Source: a virus (Duplodnaviria; Heunggongvirae; Uroviricota; Caudoviricetes). From it: a stretch of DNA of 64,000 nucleotides. Location of the stretch: positions 38,486-102,485 of the IMG/VR virus record IMGVR_UViG_2911215477_000001; one strand, 5' to 3'. The translations under genes were made by a program, and so were the position numbers. Positions 17,536 to 26,668 of this stretch are shown piece after piece (within the stretch, counting starts at the first letter, position 1; every line of letters begins with the position of its first letter). Below the pieces are notes generated by a model. It was not told the DNA's origin and did no database searches. It saw nothing but the letters and a program-made list of their open reading frames with translations.

Positions 17536-18268
17536 GCTCGATCACCTGGTCATCATCGACGCGCTTGAGGATCTCGATCTTGGGCATCTCGACGGGATCG
17601 TAGGTCAGCGCGGTGTTCTTCAGCGCTTCCATGCCGGCACGTTGGATCGTCTGCACAACGTAGGCATCGACTTCCGATTTTGCGCTTTCGACCGTTTTCT
17701 CCATGTGTTCGTCGAACATGTCCGCGACGAACTTCATGTTGCCCGTCATCTGGGCGCGTGCAGTGGACGCCTTCAGCTGTAGGGCTGCCTTCTGTTTGAT
17801 GGGCAGCTTCAGCTCACCCAGCATCTTGTGCAGCTCATCCACCTCGCTGAGTGCGGTCTCCAGGCGCTTTCTGACCTCGCCCGCGAACTGCTTGGTTCGG
17901 GACTGTGGCGGTGCCAGCTCCGGGACATAGCCATTACCACCAGGCTCGCGATAGCGGAGCGTGCATTGGCTACCCATGCCTACGTTGGGGCTGGACACGA
18001 AATGCGCCCACTGGGCTTCGCTCAGATCCACCTCGATGTAGGGCTTGGTCGCTGCATGCACCCAATCGGTAGACAGGTCACGACGAATGGAGCTGCTCGC
18101 GATCCGAATACGGATGAAGTGCTGATGGTTGAAGTCCGACCCGTACAGATTGGTCATCCCACTGATGCGAGACGCTCCGATCTGCGCGTAGGCCGGGTGT
18201 TCGTAGATCAGCCCACCCATCGGGCCAGCCTCTTCACGAACGGTCGGTTCCAGGAAAATGCGCTTCAT
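17528..18268 (-). CDS. hypothetical protein
   Basis: 246-aa ORF, no recognisable motif. Confidence 0.45.
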   Translation of the reverse strand: MKRIFLEPTVREEAGPMGGLIYEHPAYAQIGASRISGMTNLYGSDFNHQHFIRIRIASSSIRRDLSTDWVHAATKPYIEVDLSEAQWAHFVSSPNVGMGSQCTLRYREPGGNGYVPELAPPQSRTKQFAGEVRKRLETALSEVDELHKMLGELKLPIKQKAALQLKASTARAQMTGNMKFVADMFDEHMEKTVESAKSEVDAYVVQTIQRAGMEALKNTALTYDPVEMPKIEILKRVDDDQVIEHE

Positions 18269-18271
18269 GGC

Positions 18272-18568
18272 TTATGCCTCTTTGCCATTGGTTTCGTTGT
18301 ACTTCGCGACACGCCAATTGACGTGCTCGGGCTGGATTTCGTCGGGGTTGGATCCGCACAGGTAGACCTGGGCCGGCTCAACCTCATTCAGGGCTTTGCC
18401 ACGCTGATGAACCAGGGTGATTTCGCTGGGCGGGAGATCCTCCACCACGTCGTCGTCGTAGTTGACGACCAGGACATCCATTGCTTCAGAGGTGGCGACA
18501 AACTGGACGACTCCAGCTTGGATCGTGACCACCACGGCGGGCAGCTTCTTCTCAGTGTCGGCGGGCAT
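18272..18568 (-). CDS. hypothetical protein (possible C-terminal half of a split vWA-like protein)
   Basis: Start MPADTEKK; see finding on 18272-18773. Confidence 0.3.
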   Translation of the reverse strand: MPADTEKKLPAVVVTIQAGVVQFVATSEAMDVLVVNYDDDVVEDLPPSEITLVHQRGKALNEVEPAQVYLCGSNPDEIQPEHVNWRVAKYNETNGKEA

Positions 18569-18773
18569 TCCAGTTCCTTCGTTGTTTCCCGCGATGCGGG
18601 TGCTTGTGTTGGTCGTTGAAATGGATCTTGGGCAGGCTGATGACCGAGTAGTCCGGCTTGCGAGGGACGACTTTGGAGAACTCGACGATCTCCACAGCTG
18701 CCTTGGCCATCGCTTCAGCAAGCCCCTTCATGGACCCGCTCAGGTCGTCGATGATCAGGATGCGGTGCTTCAC
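18552..18773 (-). CDS. hypothetical protein with MIDAS-like DxSGSM start (possible N-terminal half of a vWA-like protein)
   Basis: RILIIDDLSGSMKG. Confidence 0.3.
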   Translation of the reverse strand: MKHRILIIDDLSGSMKGLAEAMAKAAVEIVEFSKVVPRKPDYSVISLPKIHFNDQHKHPHRGKQRRNWNARRH

Positions 18774-18952
18774 TGCTCACCCCACTGCTTCTGCGGGCCG
18801 GCTTCGTCCCAGCGCATCACGAAGTTCTCCAGCCAGTCGCGCTGCTCCGAGGTCAGGTAGTCGAGCCACAGAAGCTCGTCAGCGCTGACCCAGGGGAGGC
18901 CCTGCTCCTCGCACCAGGCTTTGAACTCGTCGTAGAGGGATTGCCCGTCCAT
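18770..18952 (-). CDS. hypothetical small acidic protein
   Basis: ATGA coupling. Confidence 0.35.
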   Translation of the reverse strand: MDGQSLYDEFKAWCEEQGLPWVSADELLWLDYLTSEQRDWLENFVMRWDEAGPQKQWGEQ

Positions 18953-19212
18953 CAGTGAACCCTCACGAACTCGAAGGACTCACGGGCCGGGTTCAGCGGG
19001 CGACCCACGCGGTCATCGAAGCCATCGCAGTAGATGCGGTAGCACAGCTCACCCCGATAGTCCTTCTGGAACTCCCGGACGGTGAAGGTGAAGTCGCGGG
19101 CGATGGTGCCCATCTTCGGTTCCCAGTTCAGGTAGCGAAGCTTGCGACCTACGTTGTGCTTCATCTCCTCGGGCACGTCGTTCGGATCCACGTACAGCCC
19201 GAGATCCTTCAT
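18952..19212 (-). CDS. hypothetical protein
   Basis: Start re-called at MKDLGLY. Confidence 0.35.
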   Translation of the reverse strand: MKDLGLYVDPNDVPEEMKHNVGRKLRYLNWEPKMGTIARDFTFTVREFQKDYRGELCYRIYCDGFDDRVGRPLNPARESFEFVRVH

Positions 19213-19226
19213 CAGGGACTTGACGT

Positions 19227-19343
19227 TCACGACATGAACCTCTGGGCGACGATGTTGATGGACGCGGCGATCACGAGAGCGCTCGCGGAGTACAGGAGCA
19301 CGCACAGGGCGCGGACCAGGCGGGTTTCGTTCTGCTGGGACAT
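19227..19343 (-). CDS. small hydrophobic peptide (38 aa) missing from the ORF track
   Basis: RBS CAGGAGG 7 nt before ATG; MSQQNETRLVRALCVLLYSASALVIAASINIVAQRFMS. Confidence 0.35.
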   Translation of the reverse strand: MSQQNETRLVRALCVLLYSASALVIAASINIVAQRFMS

Positions 19344-19344
19344 G

Positions 19345-19773
19345 TCAATGAGCCTCCTGGGCGTTCGTGCGGTCTCGATAGAACTTCAGCAAGCTGTCCA
19401 CGACGTCCTCCACGTCACTCTCGGACACCTGCGGGCGCATGGATTCCACGACTTGCTCCAGCGCTTCGCGGAAGCCCTTGTCGTAGTTGTAGGCTTCGAT
19501 GGGTTCGTCCAGGTCGTCGTAGAGCGTCAGATCGAGGGGAATGGCGTCCTTGATCGCCTGCATGCAGTCGCGGGTCGTCTCGCCCTTCAGAATCGCCTGG
19601 ATGTAGTCGCAGTCTTCCTTCTCAGCGTCGCTGAGGAGATCCCATGCCACGCGCTCCCAGCTTTGATGGTTCACGGATCCATCCTTGAGCAAGGGAGTGA
19701 CCATCAGGGACTCTCCTTCATTGCTCGGACCCATCGCGTAAACCTTGCCTTCGGTGCGATAGAGGTTCTTCAT
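19345..19773 (-). CDS. hypothetical acidic protein
   Basis: Start MKNLYRTEG, ATGA coupled. Confidence 0.4.
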   Translation of the reverse strand: MKNLYRTEGKVYAMGPSNEGESLMVTPLLKDGSVNHQSWERVAWDLLSDAEKEDCDYIQAILKGETTRDCMQAIKDAIPLDLTLYDDLDEPIEAYNYDKGFREALEQVVESMRPQVSESDVEDVVDSLLKFYRDRTNAQEAH

Positions 19774-20489
19774 GCAACCTCCGGAACAAGCTTCGGACGA
19801 GCTGCGATGCGAGCTTCCTCGGCAGTGATCATTTCCATGCTCGGGGGTGCGGGGAAGCCAACGATGTCGTCCTGGAACACGCGACAGGCGATGCACGCGA
19901 GATTGGGATACTTCTCAAGCGTGGCGCGATCCTCGAAGGTGGAACGGCTGTAGACGTTCTCGATGGATTCGACTTCGCTGATCTGGTTCTTGGTCTTGAG
20001 GAAGAACGCAGAGCTACCCAGGTGGACTTCGTACTCACAGGTCTCGTCGTCGTAACCCACGATGCAGAGCTGCTGACCATTGGGAAGATCGGCGCGGACT
20101 TCGTAATCCACGACACGAGCCGGGTTGCTGTCGATGAACGAGTAGGACTTCAGCATTTCTTCCCACTGGGCATCAGTGAGAGGCGCGAACTTGGGATCCA
20201 GCAGGAACAGGAGGTCGCGGTCGAAGATCTCCTGAAGGTCGTCCTCGCAGATACCCCAGTCACGGATGTCCTGGCGGGTGTCGGCACCCTGGATGTTGAA
20301 CATGTCATCAACGTCTTCCGGAGCATCGACGGGCACGCAGTAGAGCTTCTGCTCGCCATCCACGGAGACGAGGAAGTAGTTGTAGCTCAGGCCCACGGTG
20401 CGGTAGCGGTCGGGCATCTCGACAAGGATGGCTTTGATCTTCATCGCTTGCTCGTGGACTTCTTTCACTGCTCGCTCGTACTTGGTCAT
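19770..20489 (-). CDS. hypothetical protein
   Basis: Partial family-B element (GTGCCGATAGTCGG) about 80 nt upstream. Confidence 0.45.
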   Translation of the reverse strand: MTKYERAVKEVHEQAMKIKAILVEMPDRYRTVGLSYNYFLVSVDGEQKLYCVPVDAPEDVDDMFNIQGADTRQDIRDWGICEDDLQEIFDRDLLFLLDPKFAPLTDAQWEEMLKSYSFIDSNPARVVDYEVRADLPNGQQLCIVGYDDETCEYEVHLGSSAFFLKTKNQISEVESIENVYSRSTFEDRATLEKYPNLACIACRVFQDDIVGFPAPPSMEMITAEEARIAARPKLVPEVA

Positions 20490-20784
20490 GTCTCTTCTCT
20501 CGTTGCGCGTCGTGCGCTTCTCAGTGCGAGCAGATTAAGAACGGCTCACACACCCGACTATCGGCACGTAATAGGCGCACGACGCTCTCTGTCTCGCTCT
20601 GCGCGTCGCGTGACGCTCAAGCTAGACAGTGATGTGATTTCTAGGGGAAGCGCTTAGCGCTCGTTCTACGCAGTCACAGACATCGCCCTGAAAGACGTGT
20701 CGCGCTGCGTCTCTTCTCTACCTGGTGAACCCAAGGCTGAACTGATCAGCCAATGTCACGTCATGGAAAACGTGACAAGTTGGC

Positions 20785-21459
20785 TTACCAGAGACCCTGC
20801 AGTGGGTTGACGATCACTTCGACCACCTCGGGCTCATTGAGGTAGCCAGGCCATGCCTTCCCACCCATGCTGTAGACCCGTTGGAGCACTGCTCGGGCGT
20901 CGCCATACCCAGTTGGGTTGCTCTCGACTTGCTTCATCAGTTTCTTGTTGTGGATCTGACGGGTCTCAAACTTGATGACGGGTGCCTCTACCACCGTGCA
21001 GAACGCAATGTCCTGGCCCGTGTGGTAATGCCGGTAGACCATCAGCCCACCGCCAGGGCTCGTGTAGACCGTATCGAACCCTCGACCGCGAATGTACTTC
21101 TCCAGGTTCAGCCACTTCGCCTCACCGAACTGGATCGTCACGTCGTCCGGCCTGGCCTTTGGGGCTCGGAGGAACGCTGGCATCGTCTGCCTGCCCAACT
21201 GGTAGACGCGAGCAAGCACAACACGGATGTCGTCGTGCTTCTCCGGGTCTCGCTCGATCAGGGACATGGTGTTCCCGTTGGCGACATCCCGGTGGTCGAA
21301 CTTCATCAGCGGGAAGTCGATCTTGAACCTGATCGCGAGACCCAGCTCAAGGTGACGATAGACGTTGGAGTCAATCGTCACTCCTTCCAGGGCGAACCCT
21401 TTCGCGGCAAGGAGCTTCTCGATCAGTGCCCACTCATCTTGGCCCAGGTGCAGCATCAC
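20785..21459 (-). CDS. tandem paralog family member (ends NPLQGLW)
   Basis: N-terminal W..L.EKL..GF.L block plus the C-terminal tail shared with neighbours. Confidence 0.5.
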   Translation of the reverse strand: MMLHLGQDEWALIEKLLAAKGFALEGVTIDSNVYRHLELGLAIRFKIDFPLMKFDHRDVANGNTMSLIERDPEKHDDIRVVLARVYQLGRQTMPAFLRAPKARPDDVTIQFGEAKWLNLEKYIRGRGFDTVYTSPGGGLMVYRHYHTGQDIAFCTVVEAPVIKFETRQIHNKKLMKQVESNPTGYGDARAVLQRVYSMGGKAWPGYLNEPEVVEVIVNPLQGLW

Positions 21460-21941
21460 CAGCGCCCCTCGCTCGGGTTGTCGGTCGGCTTGGGCTTCTT
21501 GAAGACGATCCTCTGGTTCTGCTCGCGATACATCCGACGTTTGTAGCGCTCCGCTTCCGTCAGCTTGGACTTGGGCTCATAGAGCGGCAGGAAGACATTC
21601 GGGTCAGCCTCCAGGAACTCCGGAATGGGCAGCTCAGCCTTGCCATACACCCAGCGCAAGGCAGCCTTGGGGTAAAGGAGCGTCTGCAGGCCGTGGGCGT
21701 CGTAGACAGCCTCAATAGCCTTGCCATTGGGACCGCCACTGGTGTCGAAGTAGACCGCGATTGAGTCCGCTGCGTCGATGCGGATCGACTTCAGCTGGAT
21801 CGTGATGTTGTCGTCCTCGTGAAAGTAGTCCTCGACCACCGACATGTTCGGGTGGATCTTGCTCTTCTTCAGGGCGAAGCCGTACTCAGCCAACTTCTCT
21901 GCGAGCTGCACCCAGTCGGCGCACATGAACTTGATTACCAT
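21456..21941 (-). CDS. tandem paralog family member (ends NPSEGRW)
   Basis: ADWVQLAEKLAEYGFAL; ATGA coupling. Confidence 0.5.
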   Translation of the reverse strand: MVIKFMCADWVQLAEKLAEYGFALKKSKIHPNMSVVEDYFHEDDNITIQLKSIRIDAADSIAVYFDTSGGPNGKAIEAVYDAHGLQTLLYPKAALRWVYGKAELPIPEFLEADPNVFLPLYEPKSKLTEAERYKRRMYREQNQRIVFKKPKPTDNPSEGRW

Positions 21942-22342
21942 TGCCCCTCCAGAGGGTTCGTCTCGACAGCCATCGACATCGTTGCGGTGGCGAATTTCAT
22001 ATCGGGTCCATCATCGAGACTGGACTCCCAGGTAGCTTCAAAGGCCAGGCGACGGACGACTTCAAAGAAGTCCTGGGCGAACTTGTCGTAGGTGTCGCGC
22101 TGCTGCGGGAACAGGAGCGTCAGATCGTGCCCGTTGATGCCATCGTTGTTGACGACCCGATGTATGACCTCAGCCGTCAGCGACACGCCTTTGAAGCTGC
22201 CGTGCTCACGCCGGAAGCTGATCGTTCCAGGCCAATCGGGGCTGGGCGCGCTCTTGAGGATCGCGAAGTGCGTGTCCTTGCAAGCAGCCTCCAGGTTCTT
22301 CCCGTTGATGCGGACTTGGAGCTTCTTGTACTTGATCACCAC
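21935..22342 (-). CDS. tandem paralog family member (ends NPLEGQW), GTG start
   Basis: Start GTG inside the upstream QW-stop codons (caGTGGTGAtc). Confidence 0.45.
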   Translation of the reverse strand: MVIKYKKLQVRINGKNLEAACKDTHFAILKSAPSPDWPGTISFRREHGSFKGVSLTAEVIHRVVNNDGINGHDLTLLFPQQRDTYDKFAQDFFEVVRRLAFEATWESSLDDGPDMKFATATMSMAVETNPLEGQW

Positions 22343-23058
22343 TGACCCTCCAGCGGGTTCGTCGGGCGTGCTGGTTCAGCAGGCTTCGCGAAGCCATAGC
22401 GCTCGCTGAACCGCTTGACCATTTCAGGGTTACGCTCCATCTGGTCCAGGCGGGCTTTCAGCTCCTCGACCTCGATCTTCTTCCTCAAGTCTTTCTCGTA
22501 AGCCGCCTTCTTGACCGCCTCAATCGAGCCCTCCTCGATCTCTCCGAACTCGTCGAAGATCATCGAGATACCCTTCATTCCACGGATCTCCGACTTCTTG
22601 CTCGGAAGGCCAATGGCTTTCGCAGCCTCTGCCAGCTCGTCGTAGATCTCCTTGGCCGGCTTGGGCTTGGGCAGATGGGTGGTCTCGTCCTTACCAGGCG
22701 AAGCCAGGCCCATCAGCTCGTGAATGCTCTTGCGCTTAGGCATAGGAATGCCGGGCGCACCGATCTTGATGAGGGCGTAATCATTCAGCGCCCTGCGCAG
22801 ATCCCTATCCGGACCCTCGTCGTAGATGTCCGGGTAGTGGATGTGCAGATCCCAGTGCTCTGTGTCTCCGCCCATCGCAGCCATTGCTGCCGAGTCGATC
22901 CGGATGTTCCGCTTGAACTCACCCGTGAACGTCGCGTAGCGCATCTGGATCTGGATGTAGCCGTCGCTCAGCTTCTCCTCCAGGATGTTGAACCCGCACT
23001 GATCAACCACAGCGCGCAGCTTCTCAAGGGAAATGTTGTATCGCGTGGTCATCACCAA
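22336..23058 (-). CDS. tandem paralog family member (ends NPLEGQW)
   Basis: SLEKLRAVVDQCGFNIL N-terminal block. Confidence 0.5.
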   Translation of the reverse strand: MVMTTRYNISLEKLRAVVDQCGFNILEEKLSDGYIQIQMRYATFTGEFKRNIRIDSAAMAAMGGDTEHWDLHIHYPDIYDEGPDRDLRRALNDYALIKIGAPGIPMPKRKSIHELMGLASPGKDETTHLPKPKPAKEIYDELAEAAKAIGLPSKKSEIRGMKGISMIFDEFGEIEEGSIEAVKKAAYEKDLRKKIEVEELKARLDQMERNPEMVKRFSERYGFAKPAEPARPTNPLEGQW

Positions 23059-23441
23059 CGTCCTGCGAGTGGGTTGGAAAGCATCTCCTGACGGGCGCGC
23101 TCAGCTGTCTCTTCCGCGAGCGCAGCAGCCTTCATCTGGAGGACTTCTCGGTTCGAATGACTGACGTCCTTCAACTTCGCGACGGCAGTGCGGTAACGGA
23201 TCGCGTTCGACTTGGGTCCGTCCAGCTCCATCGGGAGGTCAGCTTCAATGACGGTCTTGCCGTCGTACTCTTCGACGTTTGGCCAGCGGACGTCGATGTA
23301 CTTGCCGCCATGACTGCCGAAGTTGATGAGGATCTGTGTCGGATCGACGTGCTCGTACTGAACCTTGGCCCATCGCAGCACAGTGAGCAGCTGGTCATAG
23401 GTGCAGGTGACTGTCGTCCTTTGGTTATGTCGCGCCTTCAT
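23052..23441 (-). CDS. tandem paralog family member (ends NPLAGRW)
   Basis: Shared C-terminal tail. Confidence 0.45.
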   Translation of the reverse strand: MKARHNQRTTVTCTYDQLLTVLRWAKVQYEHVDPTQILINFGSHGGKYIDVRWPNVEEYDGKTVIEADLPMELDGPKSNAIRYRTAVAKLKDVSHSNREVLQMKAAALAEETAERARQEMLSNPLAGRW

Positions 23442-23623
23442 TTGCGAGGCGGAACGTATTTCTCGACCACTTCACCGATACGCTGCGTGGTCATGTTGAT
23501 TTCTACGATCACCCACGGGTATTCGCCCTTGCGCGGACGATAGGTGTGCTCGGCGGGTTGGATCCAAATGGGAGTGGCGGGACTCCGGACGGAGCTGCCG
23601 ATAAACATCGCGTGATGGTGCAT
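23438..23623 (-). CDS. hypothetical small protein (start MHHHAMF)
   Basis: RBS GGAGGAGAG; family-A motif at 23642-23659 just upstream. Confidence 0.4.
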   Translation of the reverse strand: MHHHAMFIGSSVRSPATPIWIQPAEHTYRPRKGEYPWVIVEINMTTQRIGEVVEKYVPPRK

Positions 23624-23681
23624 GTCTCTCTCCTCCGCAGGGAGCGCGCATGTATGCACATACGCACTCCCCAAGCCAGGT

Positions 23682-24113
23682 TTAGAACGCGGAGGCTTCG
23701 ATGCGACCACGCGACTCACGACGGATCACGTCGCCCAGGAGCGTCAGAACGTCCTTGTGCTTGGTGCCCTCGGCATCGTTGAAGTTGATCACTTCGTCCT
23801 GGCCGCCCTTCGTGAACTTGGCGACGGCCTTGTCCAGGATGGACTCGGCACCATTGGAGCTGTCAGCGTTGTCGCCATACAGTTCGAAGTCGGCGCGACG
23901 CAGTGCGCCCACGGTGCAGAAGCACTTCGCGTTCAGCGCTTCGGAGTGGACGCCGGTGCGACCATTGCCCTTCTTGTCGGTGGCGTAGGAGCCCTTGATC
24001 CAACGGGCCGGGTTCTTCAGGATCAGGAATGCGCCGACGAGAGCCTGGAGCTTGGCGTTCTTGAGCTTCTTCAGCTTGGCGATCTGTTCGGGCTTGAGGA
24101 TGTTCTTCGACAT
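23682..24113 (-). CDS. hypothetical protein
   Basis: 143-aa ORF. Confidence 0.4.
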   Translation of the reverse strand: MSKNILKPEQIAKLKKLKNAKLQALVGAFLILKNPARWIKGSYATDKKGNGRTGVHSEALNAKCFCTVGALRRADFELYGDNADSSNGAESILDKAVAKFTKGGQDEVINFNDAEGTKHKDVLTLLGDVIRRESRGRIEASAF

Positions 24114-24204
24114 GGTAAAACTCTCTTCTCTTCAGTGATTTATGGTTGATGGCTAGTTGAAGGACGCGACACGACCCGCCATCTGGGTCAGCGCGTTGCG
24201 GTGG

Positions 24205-24486
24205 TTACTGATACGCATGGCTGCACATCTGCTTGCCATCGGTGCCCAGGCGTGGTGTCAGGCTCTGTCCGGGGACGGAGATGTACTGGCAGCCGGTCTG
24301 CGGGTCGTTGACGATGCGAAAGCCCGCGATTTCGTTCTGGCGTTCAGCTCGTGCCTTAGCCTGGCGAGCTGCGAAGCCCTTCGGGTCTTTCCACTGCTGG
24401 TATTGCGGGATCGCAATGGCAGCCAGGATCGCGATGATCGCCACGACGATCATCAGCTCGATGAGGGTGAAGCCTTTCGCCTTCAT
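24205..24486 (-). CDS. type IV pilin-like / pseudopilin protein
   Basis: Prepilin leader and N-terminal methylation motif MKAKG|[22 protein letters not shown]; C-terminal Cys pair. Confidence 0.6.
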   Translation of the reverse strand: MKAKGFTLIELMIVVAIIAILAAIAIPQYQQWKDPKGFAARQAKARAERQNEIAGFRIVNDPQTGCQYISVPGQSLTPRLGTDGKQMCSHAYQ

Positions 24487-24815
24487 GCCTTCACCCGCTT
24501 GCCACGGTAGAAGCCAGCCGGGATGCGGCGAGCAACATTTGCGGGCTGCCAGTGGTATGCGATGCCGTCGATCACGCCGCTCTGACCAGGGAACAGCAGG
24601 CCACGGATCTTGTTGTCGTCAGCATCGAACCACTCGGGCGGCAGGTTGTAGATGCCCAGCTCGCTCTGTGCCGTCGCGATAGCCTGGTTCAGATCGACCC
24701 ACTCCTCCACCTCGGCGGGGGATTGGTCGCGATCAGCGAGCAAGTCCGCGATGTACTTGTTGCTCGCCTCGGCTGCCAGGATCAGGCGGATGGCGGTCTG
24801 CTTGGAAAGCCTCAC
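24483..24815 (-). CDS. hypothetical protein
   Basis: ATGA-coupled upstream of the pilin-like gene. Confidence 0.4.
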   Translation of the reverse strand: MRLSKQTAIRLILAAEASNKYIADLLADRDQSPAEVEEWVDLNQAIATAQSELGIYNLPPEWFDADDNKIRGLLFPGQSGVIDGIAYHWQPANVARRIPAGFYRGKRVKA

Positions 24816-25009
24816 GAAGCGCTCTCCTCACTCAGGACGAAGGCTTCGACCAGCTCGTCCAGACCTTCCTGATTCGCCAGGAAGTTGATGAAGCGACCCG
24901 CGACACCATCGGTGCGCTGAATCACTGCCATCGTGCCAGCAACCTTGATCGCCTGGATCTCGGTCAGCTTCACGGTCTTGGTTGCACGAACGCCTTTCGG
25001 CATGTCCAT
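24812..25009 (-). CDS. hypothetical small protein
   Basis: Coupled ORF. Confidence 0.35.
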   Translation of the reverse strand: MDMPKGVRATKTVKLTEIQAIKVAGTMAVIQRTDGVAGRFINFLANQEGLDELVEAFVLSEESAS

Positions 25010-25017
25010 CTCCTCTC

Positions 25018-25219
25018 TCAGTTCAGGTGGTAGATCGTGTTGCGGGTCTCAGCGATCTTCTTGGCGAAGTCCACGGAGACAACGGTGCTCGTCCGGATCC
25101 ACGAGCCGCTGGGGAAGCGGTCGTCTTCGAAGACCCGTCCATGCAGAACGTGGTTGACACCGACCCGTTGAAGGGTCCAGTTCTTGATCGTGCGAACGGG
25201 CTTAGTGGAGCCGGTCACG
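25018..25219 (-). CDS. hypothetical small protein (GTG start, RBS AAGGAG)
   Basis: Start re-called from the RBS. Confidence 0.3.
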
Positions 25220-25489
25220 CTGGATCTCCTTGATGTAAAGCATCGCGTCGTCATAGGCGTCGAGGGCTTCCTCGCTCTTGTCAGCAGCGCGGGCACGACG
25301 CAGCGCCTGCAATGCCTGCTCCAGCGTGATCGTGTGCAGGTTCACTGCGCTCACGATGACCTGGTGGCGTCCGTAGAGGTTCAGCGCGCCAGTGATGACT
25401 GCGATGGTTTCGCTATCGAAGTCGCTGGTCTTGATCAGGTCGCGTGCGCTGTAGGTCGCGGTCTGTTCGAAGTTGTTTGGTAGGCTCAT
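25202..25489 (-). CDS. hypothetical protein
   Basis: Large family-A palindrome just upstream. Confidence 0.45.
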   Translation of the reverse strand: MSLPNNFEQTATYSARDLIKTSDFDSETIAVITGALNLYGRHQVIVSAVNLHTITLEQALQALRRARAADKSEEALDAYDDAMLYIKEIQRDRLH

Positions 25490-25504
25490 GTCAGGACTCG
25501 GGTT

Positions 25505-25554
25505 GTCGTATGTACGCGCTGCGATATGTCAGCGCGTACATACTATTAACGACG
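25505..25554. promoter_or_regulatory. family-A motif, long palindrome GTATGTACGCGCTG-cgatatgt-CAGCGCGTACATAC plus ACTATTAAC
   Basis: 13-bp perfect arms. Confidence 0.5.
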
Positions 25555-25585
25555 CAACAACCCTGCTATGCGTGGGTCGAGGGTC

Positions 25586-26194
25586 TTACGCGGCTTTCTT
25601 CGCGGACGCGGTGCGCTTTTCCTTCGCAGTCTTCACCGGGAGGTTCAGACGAGCGTTGAGGTCCGCGACCTTGCTGACCGGGAGCTGGCGATTGGCAGCC
25701 TCCGGAATCTCCACGAAGGGCTTCACTTCCGGCCAGGACTCCAGGAGTTGCTTGTAGGTGTTGAAGCCGGCCAACGCAGCTTCCACCTCCTGCAACGCCT
25801 TCGAGAAGTCCGTCTTGTAATCGCGGTCTTCAGCATCGAGGGCGTTGCAACGCGCCTCCAGCTTCGCCCCGATGCTCGTCTTCTCCAGGAAGCGGTGGCC
25901 GCTGCCATAGTGGGCGTTCACGTTGCCGGGCAAGTAGTCAGCCAGGGCGTAGTTGTGGGCGTAGCCATTGATGACCACAGACACGTTCGCGGAGACCGGC
26001 AGGAAGCCGCTCGGGAGCTGCGACATCAACTTGCGCGTCGCCTCGGGGTAGATCAGGTTGTAAAGGTCCAGCGCCAACGCATTGCGCTTCGCCTTCAGCT
26101 GCTTCGCCGTATCGCCAAAGCGATGGTCCAGCACCTTGCGAGCGATGTCCTTGCGGACGGAGATGCTCAGCTTGGCGTTCAAGTTCTTGGACAT
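25586..26194 (-). CDS. hypothetical protein
   Basis: 202-aa ORF. Confidence 0.45.
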   Translation of the reverse strand: MSKNLNAKLSISVRKDIARKVLDHRFGDTAKQLKAKRNALALDLYNLIYPEATRKLMSQLPSGFLPVSANVSVVINGYAHNYALADYLPGNVNAHYGSGHRFLEKTSIGAKLEARCNALDAEDRDYKTDFSKALQEVEAALAGFNTYKQLLESWPEVKPFVEIPEAANRQLPVSKVADLNARLNLPVKTAKEKRTASAKKAA

Positions 26195-26204
26195 AGGTCT
26201 CCCC

Positions 26205-26663
26205 TTAGTCGTGGTCGTATTCTTCGACTTCGACGCCTGCCGAGGTCACGGTGATCTTGGCGTGGCTGCCAAAGATGGCCTGGAGGGTGTCCTCCATCGG
26301 GCCGGACGTCAGCAGGTTCTCCAGCTCGTTGAGGGCCAGGTGGGTATCGGCGCTCACTTCCTCGCACTGGCGGTAGCTGGTCACTTCCAGCCAGCCTTCG
26401 CCGTAGTGATGGTTCTCGCGCTCGTCCACGACCGAGTAGTTGAGGCCGTTCACGCTGAACACGCACTCCTCGCCATCGTTGAAGTACGGCACATACTGGG
26501 TCCAGCACAGCGCCTTCACTTCCGGATGGTCAGCGAGGAAGCCCTGCAGGATGGGGCCGATGCGACCCTGGAGCTTCTCCTGGAGTTCGGCCTGCATGCG
26601 AGCCTGTTCGGCCACCAGTGCGCCCACTTCCTTCAGGGCTACAGTCTTGATTTCATCCAACAT
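26205..26663 (-). CDS. hypothetical protein
   Basis: 152-aa ORF. Confidence 0.45.
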   Translation of the reverse strand: MLDEIKTVALKEVGALVAEQARMQAELQEKLQGRIGPILQGFLADHPEVKALCWTQYVPYFNDGEECVFSVNGLNYSVVDERENHHYGEGWLEVTSYRQCEEVSADTHLALNELENLLTSGPMEDTLQAIFGSHAKITVTSAGVEVEEYDHD

Positions 26664-26668
26664 ATTCC

